Source: an uncultured Acidimicrobiia bacterium
GTDB lineage: Bacteria > Actinomycetota > Acidimicrobiia > Acidimicrobiales > AC-14
Length of the DNA stretch: 64,000 bases
Assembly (NCBI GenBank): GCA_963836205.1
Contig: CAWIIV010000024.1
Span: 160,001-224,000 of the forward strand
Direction of reading: 5' to 3'
Shown: positions 8,103-18,047 of the stretch, piece after piece
How positions within the stretch are numbered: position 1 is the first letter of the stretch
Layout of the letters: every line of letters starts with the position of its first letter
Position numbers and translations under genes: made by a program
The notes under the pieces: model-generated
What the model was told of the DNA's origin: nothing
Databases searched by the model: none
Seen by the model: only the letters and a program-made list of their open reading frames with translations

Positions 8103-8516
8103 GTGATGATCCGTTCGATCCTCGTAGGAACCGACACGTCGGCCGCCGCCACCCTGGCCGTCGAGGAGGCCGGCCAGCTGGCCCGCGCCCACGACGCCGA
8201 GCTGGTGGTGCTCTACGTGCGTCCCCCGGTCGACGCCCGGGAGGTGTTCGACCCCGCCGCCGTCCCCGATGTCGACGGTCACTTCGCGGGGCTGGCCGAG
8301 CGGCTCTCGGGCCTCAACTTCCGCACCCGCAAGGAGTCCGGCGACGCGGCCGCCACCATCTGCGACGTCGCCCAGGCCGAAGGCGTCGACGTCATCGTCG
8401 TCGGCAACCGGGGCACCCATGCCCGCCGCCGGTGGCTGCTCGGCAGCGTGCCCAACGCCGTGCTCCAGCGCTCCCCGTGCTCGGTCTACGTGGTCGACAC
8501 CCGGGAGGCCCAGTGA
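8103..8516 (+). CDS. Universal stress protein
   Basis: ILVGTD, DVIVVGNRG and LLGSVPNAVLQRSPCSV motifs. Confidence 0.92.
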   Translation: MMIRSILVGTDTSAAATLAVEEAGQLARAHDAELVVLYVRPPVDAREVFDPAAVPDVDGHFAGLAERLSGLNFRTRKESGDAAATICDVAQAEGVDVIVVGNRGTHARRRWLLGSVPNAVLQRSPCSVYVVDTREAQ

Positions 8517-9196
8517 GCCCGTCGCTCGCGGCCCGGGTCGGCGACTCGGCCCGCACCTGGCGGCGCGTCCTGCGGGCCTTCTACTCCCGGCCCCTCGCCT
8601 ACGGCGCCGCCCTCTTCGTCTCCGCCACCCTGGCCTACGCCGGCGGCGGGATCATGTTCTGGCTCCACGCCGTCTACCGGGGCGAGCACGGCCCCGCCAT
8701 CGACTACTGGCAGCACTGGTTCCTCGACTCGACCCTGGGGTTCATCGCCCTCACGCCGGTGGTCCTGCTCCTGCTGCCCGCCGTCCTGTGGACCCTCGGC
8801 TGGCAGGGCCGCAAGGGCGGTGGCGTGCGGGTCGGCGCCTACGTGTTCGTGGTGGGCACCCTCTTCGCCCTGGTCACGGGGCCGGGGCCGTTGCTCCACA
8901 ACGTGGTCGCGGGGGCGGGGACCCCGCTGGCCGACCTGGCCACCGACGTGTTCGGCCACGACCCCCAGATCGCCCGCCAGCACGCCCACGCCCCCGAGCG
9001 CTCGGCGTTCACCGAGGGCGTCCTCCAGGTGGCGGTGGGCATCCCGTCCTACTCGATGCTGACGTTGGCCTCGGTCCTCGTCGTCCGGCGGGTGGCGCGG
9101 AGCCGCCACCGCGGCCGCGGACGCGGTGCCGGTGGCGGTGGCGGTGGCGGCCAGCCCGGCTCCGCCCGGGCTCCAACCTTGAGCCGGTCGTCGTGA
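8513..9196 (+). CDS. Hypothetical membrane protein (about 4 TM)
   Basis: GTGA overlap with the USP stop; hydrophobic helices; C-terminal part of ORF 6380..9196. Confidence 0.7.
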   Translation: MSPSLAARVGDSARTWRRVLRAFYSRPLAYGAALFVSATLAYAGGGIMFWLHAVYRGEHGPAIDYWQHWFLDSTLGFIALTPVVLLLLPAVLWTLGWQGRKGGGVRVGAYVFVVGTLFALVTGPGPLLHNVVAGAGTPLADLATDVFGHDPQIARQHAHAPERSAFTEGVLQVAVGIPSYSMLTLASVLVVRRVARSRHRGRGRGAGGGGGGGQPGSARAPTLSRSS

Positions 9197-9209
9197 AGGC
9201 GGTGGCGCG

Positions 9210-10502
9210 ATGACGCTCCTCGTCGTGGGGCTGAGCCACCGGGGCGTGCCGCTCGACCTGCTCGAGCGCATGACGGTACCCGCCGACCGATTGCCGAAGG
9301 CCCTGGACGACCTGTCCGGGCGGCCGTACGTCAGCGAATCGGTGATCCTCTCGACCTGCCACCGCACCGAGGTCTACGCCGTCACCGAGGGCTTTCACGG
9401 CGGCATGCAGTCCATCCGGACATTCCTGTCCGAGCTCGCCTTCGTGGCGCCGGAGGACTTCACCGACCACCTCGTCACCTACCACGACGAAGCCGCGGTG
9501 GCCCACCTGTTCGCAGTGGCGGCCGGGGTCGAGTCGGTGGTGCGGGGTGAGAGCCAGATCCAGGGCCAGGTCCGGAACGCGTGGGAGCAGGCCCGCAAGC
9601 TCGGCGCCTGCGGGCCCCGGCTCGACGCCGTCTTCCGCCACGCCATGGAGACGGGCAAGCGGGCCCGTTCGGAGACGGCCATCGGGAAGGGGATCTCGTC
9701 CCTGTCCCAGGCGGCGGTGGCCATGGCTGCCGACCGGCTGGGCTCGCTCGACGGGCGCCGCATCGTGGTGCTCGGGGCCGGGGAGATGGGCCAGGGCGTG
9801 GTGGCCGGCGTGGCCGCTCGCCACCCGGGCCATTCGGGCCACTCGGGCCTCGCCGGCTTGGCGGTGGAGGTGGTGGTGGCCAGCCGCAGCCGGGCCCGGG
9901 CGCAGGCGGTGGCCGATCAGGTGGGCGCCCGCACCATCGAGCTCGCCGACCTCGACAGTGCCCTGGAGGACGCCGACCTGCTGGTCACGTCCACCGGCGC
10001 CCCGTCGGTGGTCGTCACCACCGCCCAGATGGCCGACCTCGTCCACCGGCGGGACGGCCGGCCCCTGCTCGTCGTCGACATGGGCATGCCCCGTGACGTC
10101 GACGGGGGCGTGGGCCTGCTTCCCGGCATCACCCTGCTCGACCTGGCCGACCTGCGGGCCTACGTCGACGCGGGCGCGGACCAGCGCCTGGAGGTCGAGC
10201 GGGCCCGGGCGATCGTCGTCGACGAGACCGCCCGGTTCCTCGACGCGGCCGCCCAGCGCCGGGCTGCGCCCACCGTCAGCGCCCTCCGGGCCCGGGCCGA
10301 GGAGCTGCGCCTGGCCGAGGTGGCCCGCTACCGCAGCCGCCTGGCCGGGCTCGACGCCCGCCAGCAGGAGGCGGTCACCGCCCTCACGCGCGGCATCCTG
10401 GGCAAGCTGCTCCACCAGCCGACGGTGCAGCTCAAGGAGGCGGCGGGGTCGCCGCGGGGCGAGCGCCTGTCGGACGCGGCCCGGGAGTTGTTCGGGCTGT
10501 AA
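9210..10502 (+). CDS. hemA: Glutamyl-tRNA reductase
   Basis: STCHRTE catalytic motif, GESQIQGQV, GAGEMG, DMGMPRDV, KLLHQP. Confidence 0.96.
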   Translation: MTLLVVGLSHRGVPLDLLERMTVPADRLPKALDDLSGRPYVSESVILSTCHRTEVYAVTEGFHGGMQSIRTFLSELAFVAPEDFTDHLVTYHDEAAVAHLFAVAAGVESVVRGESQIQGQVRNAWEQARKLGACGPRLDAVFRHAMETGKRARSETAIGKGISSLSQAAVAMAADRLGSLDGRRIVVLGAGEMGQGVVAGVAARHPGHSGHSGLAGLAVEVVVASRSRARAQAVADQVGARTIELADLDSALEDADLLVTSTGAPSVVVTTAQMADLVHRRDGRPLLVVDMGMPRDVDGGVGLLPGITLLDLADLRAYVDAGADQRLEVERARAIVVDETARFLDAAAQRRAAPTVSALRARAEELRLAEVARYRSRLAGLDARQQEAVTALTRGILGKLLHQPTVQLKEAAGSPRGERLSDAARELFGL

Positions 10503-10715
10503 GCCGCCCCCGATGGCGCGGATTCGACGTGGTACCCACCCCCCGGCGAACGGCGGCTAGCACCCTTTCAACGGATCCCCCACTCGGAACTAAATGGGGT
10601 GCGGCGGGATGAGCATCGTTTGGAAGCACCAGCGACGCACGTCCTCCTCGCCGCATGCAGTCAAGGCAATCGGGCCGCGGCGGCTCGACGGCACGACACT
10701 TCGAGGAGAAGACTG

Positions 10716-12473
10716 ATGCTCAACCTGAAGCACGGCGGGCACGTCCCGGCGATCGACACCAAAGGCGCCGGGGCCGTGGACAAGAAGACTGACGCGGCCT
10801 TCCTGGGCAAGAAGGACCAGCCGACGGCAACTCCGTTCGATTACCTGTTCCCTCAGCTGGAGGGCAAGCCGGACGCCCATCTGCCGGGTGCCCCGGCCAC
10901 GGTGGTGGCCGCCCTCAAGGCCCTCGGTTCGGCCATGGTCGACACCGCACCGGCCTCGGCGACCGACCCCAAGGTCCCGGTCAACTCGATCATCCCGGCC
11001 GTCTACACCTACTGGGGCCAGTTCATCGACCACGACACGACGGCCAACACCGACCGTGACTCGAAGGTCAGCGACATCACCCGGCCCGACCTGAAGCCGG
11101 TGCCGCCGGCCCAGGTCACCAAGCTGCTCAAGAACCTGCGCCGGCCGACCCTCGACCTCGACAGCCTGTACGGCAACGGGCCTGCGTTCATGAATCCCCA
11201 CCACAACGACGACGGCCTGTACGACGGGCCTCGCTTCCGGCTGGGCAAGAACGACGAGACGCCCGGAATCCCGGGCGACAAGATCCCGCCCGTGGCCGAC
11301 CTCAGCCGCGACCTGCCCCGCATCGGCCCCCTGCTCGACGCCGGCGTCATCACCCTCGACGACCTGCCCCCGAGCCTACGGACCGACCCCAACCTGCGCA
11401 CCCGGGCCTTCGTGGGTGACCTGCGCAACGACGAGAACCTGCTCGTGGCCCAGTTCCACGTGGCCATGCTGCGCTTCCACAACAAGATCGTCGACCGGCT
11501 GGCCAAGAAGAACACCGGGGCCAAGGTCCTCTTCCGGCGGGCGCAGAAGCTCACCCGGTACCACTACCAGTGGCTCGTGGTGAACGACTACCTGCGCACC
11601 GTCACCGCCCCCGGCGTGGTCGACAAGGTCCTCACCGGCGGTCCGAAGCACTACCACCCGCTCCAGGGCCACGAGCTGTTCATGCCCCTCGAGTACTCGG
11701 TGGCCGCCTTCCGCTTCGGGCACAGCATGGTCAGGGGTGGCTACGACCACAACCGCAACTTCGGCAGCCCGGGCGTCGTCAAGGGCTTCGCGTCCTTCGA
11801 CGAGCTGTTCCTCTTCACCGGCAACGGCTTCGAGCTCAACCCGACCGACCCGAGCAAGAGCACCCGCAACCCGTTCCTGGGCCTGCCCACGCTGCCCTTC
11901 AACTGGATCCTCGAGTTCGACCGCATGACCAACAAGGCCGACCCCAACGAGGGCCACTTCGCCCGCAAGATCGACACCCGGCTGGTGCCGCCGATCACCC
12001 GCATGGTGAACGAGGGCACCGCGGGCGACATCCAGGACGACGCCAACAAGCCCCTCCGGGAGCTCCTCCGCCACCTGGCCAACCGCAACCTGCTGCGGGG
12101 CTACCTCCTCAGCATCCCCACCGGCCAGGCAGTGGCGGCCGAGCTGGGCGTTGTCCCGCTCTCGGCGGCCGAGCTCCAGCAGGGCAACAGCGCCGAGGTC
12201 AACGCCGCTCTGGCTCAGGGCGGGTTCCTCGACCACACGCCCCTCTGGTACTACGTGCTGAAGGAGGCCGAGGTGCGGGCCAACGGCAACTCGCTGGGCG
12301 AGGTCGGCAGCCGCATCGTCTGCGAGACGCTCATCGGGGTGCTTCGCAACGACCCCGACTCGTACCTGAACGTGCCCACCGGCTGGGACCCGTCCGAGGG
12401 CGTCACCCTGCCCAACGGCGACCCCATCACCACCATCCGGGACCTCCTGTCCTTCACGGGCATCCCGGCCTGA
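10716..12473 (+). CDS. Heme peroxidase (peroxidase-cyclooxygenase / animal-type family)
   Basis: GAGGAG RBS before ATG 10716; YTYWGQFIDHD, GDLRNDEN, AAFRFGHSMVR and PLWYYVLKEAE motifs. Confidence 0.9.
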   Translation: MLNLKHGGHVPAIDTKGAGAVDKKTDAAFLGKKDQPTATPFDYLFPQLEGKPDAHLPGAPATVVAALKALGSAMVDTAPASATDPKVPVNSIIPAVYTYWGQFIDHDTTANTDRDSKVSDITRPDLKPVPPAQVTKLLKNLRRPTLDLDSLYGNGPAFMNPHHNDDGLYDGPRFRLGKNDETPGIPGDKIPPVADLSRDLPRIGPLLDAGVITLDDLPPSLRTDPNLRTRAFVGDLRNDENLLVAQFHVAMLRFHNKIVDRLAKKNTGAKVLFRRAQKLTRYHYQWLVVNDYLRTVTAPGVVDKVLTGGPKHYHPLQGHELFMPLEYSVAAFRFGHSMVRGGYDHNRNFGSPGVVKGFASFDELFLFTGNGFELNPTDPSKSTRNPFLGLPTLPFNWILEFDRMTNKADPNEGHFARKIDTRLVPPITRMVNEGTAGDIQDDANKPLRELLRHLANRNLLRGYLLSIPTGQAVAAELGVVPLSAAELQQGNSAEVNAALAQGGFLDHTPLWYYVLKEAEVRANGNSLGEVGSRIVCETLIGVLRNDPDSYLNVPTGWDPSEGVTLPNGDPITTIRDLLSFTGIPA

Positions 12474-12549
12474 CGGCGGCGAGCGTGGGGCCTGCGACCA
12501 ACCGGGTTCGTCCCGGCGGGTCGCAGGCCTCGCCCGCGTCCGGGGCCAG

Positions 12550-13935
12550 TCAGGCCTTGAGCACCACCAGCCGCTCCTCGGTCATCTCCCGGACGGCGGC
12601 GGCCGGCCCCTCCTTGGTGTTGCCGCTCGACCGAACACCGCCGTAGGGCATCTGATCGGCCCGCCACGTCGGGACCTCGTTGACCAGCACCGTCCCGAAG
12701 TGGAGCTCGCGAGCGGCCCGCATGGCCGTGGCCAGGCTGGACGTGTAGATGCCGGCCTGGAGGCCGTAGCGGGTGTCGTCGGCCAGGCGCAGTCCCTCGT
12801 CGGTCGACGGGTACGCCTGCACGGCCACCACCGGGCCGAAGACCTCCTCCCGGCACACTCGCATGTCGGGAGTCACGTCGGCCAGGACGGTAGGCCTCAG
12901 GATGCCGTCGTCGCCGACGCGGCCACCGGTGACGATCCGGGCTCCCGCCGCCACCGCCTCGTCGATCCACGCCACCACCCGGTCGCGGTCGTCGGTGGAG
13001 ATGAGGGCGGACGCGTCGGTCGCCTCGTCGAGGGGATCGCCGACGACGAGGTCGGCGACGTGGGCGGCCAGGGCTTCGGTGAAGCCGTCGGCCACCTCGT
13101 CGTGCACGAGGACCCGCTGCACCGACACGCACGACTGGCCGGCGTGAGCGAAGCCGGTGGTGGCAACGGCCTTGGCCGCGGCCCGCCAGTCTCCGTCGGC
13201 CTCGATCACGACCGGCGAGTTGTTCCCCAGCTCGAGGGCCACCTTCTTGCGCCCGGCCCGCTCCTTGATCGCCCACCCGACCTCTCCCGAGCCGGTGAAG
13301 GTGAGGTAGGCGACGTCGGGGTGGCGGACGAGGGCCTCGCCCACGTCGGCCCCGCTGCCGGTGACGACGTGGAGGTGGTCGGCGGGCAGGCCCGCGTCGT
13401 GGACGAGCAGGTCGGCCAGGGCCACCGCGGTGAGCGGCGTCTGGCTGGCCGGCTTGAGGACGACGGGGCAGCCGGCGGCGATGGCCGGGGCGAGCTTGTG
13501 GGCCACCAGGTTGAGCGGGAAGTTGAACGGGGAGATGGCTCCGACCACGCCGATCGGCACCCGGAGGGTGAAGGCGAGGCGGCCCTCGCCGATCTCGGTG
13601 GCGTCGATGGGCACCATGTCGCCGGTGAGGCGGCGGGCCTCGACCGCGGCGAAGGTGAAGGTGGACACCGCCCGCTTGGCTTCCACCCGGGCCGTCTTGA
13701 GGGGCTTGGCCGACTCCAGGGCGATGGTGCGGGCGAAGTCGTCCACCCGCTCGGCCAGGAGGCGGGCGGCGGCGTCGAGGATCTCCGCCCGCCGCCAGGG
13801 CGGAAGCGGCCCCTTGGCGAGCGCCGCCCCGGCTCCCGTCACCGCCCGGTCGACGTCTTCGGCCGTGCACTTCGGCACCCGCCCCACCTCGGCGCCGTCG
13901 TACGGCGAGCGAACCACGATCTGGTCAGCCGTCAT
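12550..13935 (-). CDS. Aldehyde dehydrogenase family protein
   Basis: SPFNFPL, FTGSG, LELGNN, GQSC, EEVFGPV; leaderless, TACGCT -10 lies 7 nt before ATG 13935. Confidence 0.93.
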   Translation of the reverse strand: MTADQIVVRSPYDGAEVGRVPKCTAEDVDRAVTGAGAALAKGPLPPWRRAEILDAAARLLAERVDDFARTIALESAKPLKTARVEAKRAVSTFTFAAVEARRLTGDMVPIDATEIGEGRLAFTLRVPIGVVGAISPFNFPLNLVAHKLAPAIAAGCPVVLKPASQTPLTAVALADLLVHDAGLPADHLHVVTGSGADVGEALVRHPDVAYLTFTGSGEVGWAIKERAGRKKVALELGNNSPVVIEADGDWRAAAKAVATTGFAHAGQSCVSVQRVLVHDEVADGFTEALAAHVADLVVGDPLDEATDASALISTDDRDRVVAWIDEAVAAGARIVTGGRVGDDGILRPTVLADVTPDMRVCREEVFGPVVAVQAYPSTDEGLRLADDTRYGLQAGIYTSSLATAMRAARELHFGTVLVNEVPTWRADQMPYGGVRSSGNTKEGPAAAVREMTEERLVVLKA

Positions 13936-14014
13936 GACCCCGAGCGTAGGTTCTGGAGCCAAAACGACAGTACGTGTCGTTTTTCCTCCAGAACCGGCGG
14001 GCGACCGGGCGGGC

Positions 14015-14701
14015 TCAGGCGGGGCTGGGGACGAAGGTGACGGTGACGGTGGTGAAGCCGAGGGTGCCGAGCAGGGCCTCGAGCATCTGGCGGGTGTTCT
14101 GCTCCGCCCGGGTGGCGAGGTCGCTGGCCGCGGCCGCGGTGCGCATCTTCTCCAGGGCGGCGAGTTGGAGCTCGCGTTCGCCCGTGGGGGAGTCGGAGAA
14201 CACCGAGCCCAGGCGGTCGAGGAGGCCCCGGTCGCGGCTGATCACCTGGCTGTTGGCCAGGTCGAGCTTGGGTTCGCCCAGGGTCGGCGGTGGGAGCGAG
14301 ATGGTGACCGACTGCCGGTCCTCGGACACGACGATCGACTGGGCGTCGAGGTTGGAGAAGTCGACCGAGGCGTCGACCGACCCGGCGGCCGAGTACGTCG
14401 TGCGCTCGCCCCGGATGACCGAGGGCAAGAACTTGGCGTCCTTCTCGGTGTCGACCAGGACCTGGAAGTTGCCGGCCGCAGCGTGGTACTCGCTCAGGTC
14501 CTCCATCGCCTGGAGGAGGGCGGGCTGGGTGCGGTCGACGGTGCGGCTGGAGAACGGGTTGGGAATCGACGGCAGGAGCTTGCCCAGGGCGCCGGTGAAC
14601 GCGAGGAGGCCGCACACGAGGATCGCGCCCACGACCACCCATCCCGAGCGGGACCGGGGCCGCATGACCACGAGCCGCTCTTCCCGGTTGCGGTGGAGCA
14701 T
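14015..14701 (-). CDS. DUF4230-like membrane-anchored protein
   Basis: N-terminal TM, GSVDASVDF, VTISLPPP, RAEQNTRQMLEALL. Confidence 0.75.
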   Translation of the reverse strand: MLHRNREERLVVMRPRSRSGWVVVGAILVCGLLAFTGALGKLLPSIPNPFSSRTVDRTQPALLQAMEDLSEYHAAAGNFQVLVDTEKDAKFLPSVIRGERTTYSAAGSVDASVDFSNLDAQSIVVSEDRQSVTISLPPPTLGEPKLDLANSQVISRDRGLLDRLGSVFSDSPTGERELQLAALEKMRTAAAASDLATRAEQNTRQMLEALLGTLGFTTVTVTFVPSPA

Positions 14702-14719
14702 CCTCCTACTTTCCCACCG

Positions 14720-16108
14720 TCACGGGGTTAGCAGGCCCGCGGCCGCCTCCTGGGCCTGGCGGATGCAGGCGGCGATGCCCAGGCCCCGGTAGCCGGCACC
14801 GGCGACCACCACGCCCGGCATGGCCGCGGCCAGGGCGGCCGTCAGCCGGTCGACCCGGCGCTGGTGGCCGGGTTGGTACTGGGGGAAGCCGTTGGCCCAG
14901 CGGGACACGAGGCTGGTGACGGGCGGTCGGCGCACGTCGATGACGTCGGAGAGCTCACGGTGGAGGTGGGCCACCAGTTCGTCGTCGTCGAGGTCGGCGA
15001 AGCGGTCGTCGCCCGCCCGGCCGGCCGAGGCCCGGACCAGGACCAACCCGCTCTCCGCCAGGGCCGGCCATTTCGACGTCGACCACGTGCACGCCGTCAT
15101 CATCCGCCGCTCGACCCGGGGGACGAGGAAGCCGGCCCCGTCGAGGTCGTGGCCGACGTCGTCCGGCCGGTAGGCCAGGGTGGACACCGCCACCGACGCG
15201 TACCGGATGCGCTCGAGGTCGGTGGCCACCGCCGGCACCGCCCCCCGGAGCATGGGAGCGGCGGCGAAGGCGGGGACGGTGACGATCACGGCCGCCGCCT
15301 CCAGCACCGTCCCGTCGGCGGTCACCACCCGGTACCCGCCCCCATCGGGTTCGACCGCCTTTACGGGCGAGCCGGTGCGGATGTCGACGCCCGCCTCCAC
15401 GAGAGCCGTCGCCAGCCGCTCGACCAGCCGTCCGAGGCCGCCGGCGACGCCCAGGAACAGCGGCCCGGTGCCGGCCGCGGACGAGGGACGGTGGCGGAGG
15501 CCGAGGATGAGGCTGCGGGAGCCGGCGGCGGCCTCGGCCAGTTGGGGCGCGGTGGCGGCCAGGCTGAGATCGTCGGCCCGGCCCGCGTTGATGCCCCCCA
15601 CCAGCGGCTCCACCAGCCGGTCGACCACGCCCTGGCCCATTCGGGCGCCGATCACGTCGGTCACCGACGGGTCGGCGCTCAGGCCCGGACGGCGACGCGG
15701 GAGCACCAGGTCGAGTCCCGCCCGCGCCACCGCCGCCGGGGGGAGCACGCCCGAGCGCAGCAACGGTCGCAGCGCCACCGGCACGCCCAGGACCTGGCCC
15801 TCGGGCAGGCGGCGCAGGTGCCCCCGCGTCCACACGAACGCCTTGCTCGTCGCCGGCTCCGCCAGCTCGTCGCCCAGGCCGATGTCGACCGCCAACGAAC
15901 GGGCGTGGGGCACCCGGGCGAGGAACGTGTCCGGGCCCTCTTCCACCGGTACGCCCCCGAGCGACGACGTGCGGATCTTGCCGCCCAGCCGGCCGTCGGC
16001 CTCCAGCACCGTCACCCGGGCCCGGTCCCGGAGGAACCAGGCCGTGGCCAGGCCGGTGATCCCGCCCCCCACCACGACCACGTGGGGGGACTCAGGCGAT
16101 GCCGGCAC
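14720..16108 (-). CDS. hemY: Protoporphyrinogen/coproporphyrinogen oxidase (HemY)
   Basis: VVVVGGGITGL FAD motif, LEADGRLGGKI, EEGPDTF, FPQY, GLGIAACI; downstream of hemE-hemH. Confidence 0.92.
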   Translation of the reverse strand: MPASPESPHVVVVGGGITGLATAWFLRDRARVTVLEADGRLGGKIRTSSLGGVPVEEGPDTFLARVPHARSLAVDIGLGDELAEPATSKAFVWTRGHLRRLPEGQVLGVPVALRPLLRSGVLPPAAVARAGLDLVLPRRRPGLSADPSVTDVIGARMGQGVVDRLVEPLVGGINAGRADDLSLAATAPQLAEAAAGSRSLILGLRHRPSSAAGTGPLFLGVAGGLGRLVERLATALVEAGVDIRTGSPVKAVEPDGGGYRVVTADGTVLEAAAVIVTVPAFAAAPMLRGAVPAVATDLERIRYASVAVSTLAYRPDDVGHDLDGAGFLVPRVERRMMTACTWSTSKWPALAESGLVLVRASAGRAGDDRFADLDDDELVAHLHRELSDVIDVRRPPVTSLVSRWANGFPQYQPGHQRRVDRLTAALAAAMPGVVVAGAGYRGLGIAACIRQAQEAAAGLLTP

Positions 16109-17013
16109 GGGCCCGCACCACGTCCGCCAGGGTGGCGCACAGGGCCGGGTGGTCGTTGGGCGACGGGGTGCGGGCGAAGTCGATGCGCATGGCCTCCGCC
16201 ATCTTGCGGGCCTCGATGTCGAGGTCGTACAGGACCTCGAGGTGATCGGACGTGAACCCGCACGGGCACACGACCACCCCCCGGGCCCCGGCCGACGCCA
16301 GCTGCGGCAGGACGGCCAGGATGTCGGGCCCGAGCCACGGCTCCGTCCCCCCGGTGCGGGCCGCGCTCTGCCAGGCCGTCGACCACCGGGGATGGGGCAC
16401 CCGCATGGCCACGCTGATGGCCGTCTCCCGCAGCTGGGTCGGGTAGGGGTCGCCCGACGCCTCGATGAAGGCGGGCAGGCTGTGGGCGGTGAAGACGACC
16501 TCCACGTCGAGCTTCTTGTGGGGGAGCGATGCGACGGCGTCGGCCACGAACCCGGCCAGCAGGTCGAGGTAGCCGGGGGCGGTGTGCCACGAGTCGACCA
16601 TGAGGACCTCGACGCCGTGGGTGGTGCCCGCCGCCGCCGCCCGCTCGGCGTACTGCCCCACCGACAGGAACGAGTAATGGGGTGCGAGGACGAGCCCCAC
16701 TGCCCGGGTGACACCCCGAGCGGCCAGGGCGGCCACGCCGTCCTCGATGAACGGCGGGGCGTGCTTCATGCCCAGCTCGACAGTGAACTCCGGTCCCAGG
16801 GCGGGCCGCGATCCCGGCCGCCTGGGCGGCGGTGCGCTCGAGGAGGGGGGACGTGCCGCCGATGGCCTGGTAGCGGCGGGTGAGGTCGTCGAGGAGGTCG
16901 GCGGGGGGCGTCCGGCCCCGGCGGACGTGGGTGTAGTACGACTCGATGTCGGCGGTGGTGGCCGGCGTGCCGTAGGCCATGACCAGCACGCCCACCGTGG
17001 GCCGCCGGTTCAG
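16092..17013 (-). CDS. hemH: Ferrochelatase (HemH/CpfC), with a +1 frameshift near 16805
   Basis: VLVMAYGTP...YQAIGGTSPL in one frame continues as LGPEFTVELGMKHAPP...FTAHSLP...FTSDHLEVLYDLD in another; start is CTG 17013 or GTG 16995. Confidence 0.88.
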
Positions 17014-18029
17014 CCACCGGTCGTGGTGTGCACCAGGTCGACGACCCGCCGCAGGATGTCGGGGTCGGTCTCGGGGAGGACGCCCCACCCGAGGTTGAAC
17101 ACGTGGCCGGGGCGGCCGCCGTTGGCGTCGAGGACGGCCCGGGTGGCGGCGGCGGCCGTGTCCCAGTCGGCCAGGCACACGGTGGGGTCGAGGTTGCCCT
17201 GCACGCTCACGTCGGGGCCGAGTCGAGCCCGGGCCTGCGCCAACGGCACCCGCCAGTCGACCCCCACCACGTCGGCCCCGGCCTCGTGCATGACCTCCAG
17301 CAGCTCGCCCGTCCCCACGCCGAAGTGGATGCGGGGCACGCCCAGGTCGGCCAGCCCGCCCAGCACCTTGCGGGAGGCCGGCAGCACGTGGCGGCGGTAG
17401 TCGGACGGGCTGAGCACGCCGGCCCACGAGTCGAACAGCTGGACGGCGGCCGCCCCCGCTCCCACCTGGGCCCGCAGCGAGGCCAGCACGATGTCGGCCA
17501 ATCGATCGAGCAGGTCGGCCCACAGCGCGGGCTGCGAGTGCATGAACGCCTTGGCCTTGGTCTGCTCCTTGGACGACCCGATGAGGTAGGTGGCGAGGGT
17601 GAACGGCCCCCCCGCGAACCCGATCAACGGCACGTCGAGCTCGGCGACCAGCAGCTTCACCGTCTCCAACACGTAGGGCATGTCGGACTCGGGCTCCAAC
17701 GGCCGCAGCCGGTCGAGGTCGGCGGCCGTCCGGAACGGCTCCGCCACCACCGGGCCCGGGGCCAGGTCGATCTCCACCCCAATGGCGGTCAACGGCACGA
17801 CGATGTCGGAGAACAGGATGGCGGCATCGACGCCGAGGCGCCGCACCGGCTGCATCGTCACCTCCGCCGCCAGCTCCGGCGTGCGGATGACGTCGAACAT
17901 GCCGTGCTGCTCCCGGATGGCCCGGTACTCGGGCAGCGACCGTCCCGCCTGGCGCATGAACCAGACCGGCGTGCGGGCCGCGGGCTTCCCCCAACAGGTG
18001 TCGACGAAGGTGGAGGTCGAGGCGGGCAT
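17010..18029 (-). CDS. hemE: Uroporphyrinogen decarboxylase
   Basis: PVWFMRQAGRSLPEY, AILFSDI, GFAGGPFTLATY, QLFDSW, QGNLDP. Confidence 0.96.
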   Translation of the reverse strand: MPASTSTFVDTCWGKPAARTPVWFMRQAGRSLPEYRAIREQHGMFDVIRTPELAAEVTMQPVRRLGVDAAILFSDIVVPLTAIGVEIDLAPGPVVAEPFRTAADLDRLRPLEPESDMPYVLETVKLLVAELDVPLIGFAGGPFTLATYLIGSSKEQTKAKAFMHSQPALWADLLDRLADIVLASLRAQVGAGAAAVQLFDSWAGVLSPSDYRRHVLPASRKVLGGLADLGVPRIHFGVGTGELLEVMHEAGADVVGVDWRVPLAQARARLGPDVSVQGNLDPTVCLADWDTAAAATRAVLDANGGRPGHVFNLGWGVLPETDPDILRRVVDLVHTTTGG

Positions 18030-18047
18030 GCCGCCCCGACCCTACCG

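Noticed and set aside
7957-8106. 49-aa ORF ending at the USP start
   Set aside because: No recognisable motif or coding signal; more likely untranslated leader.
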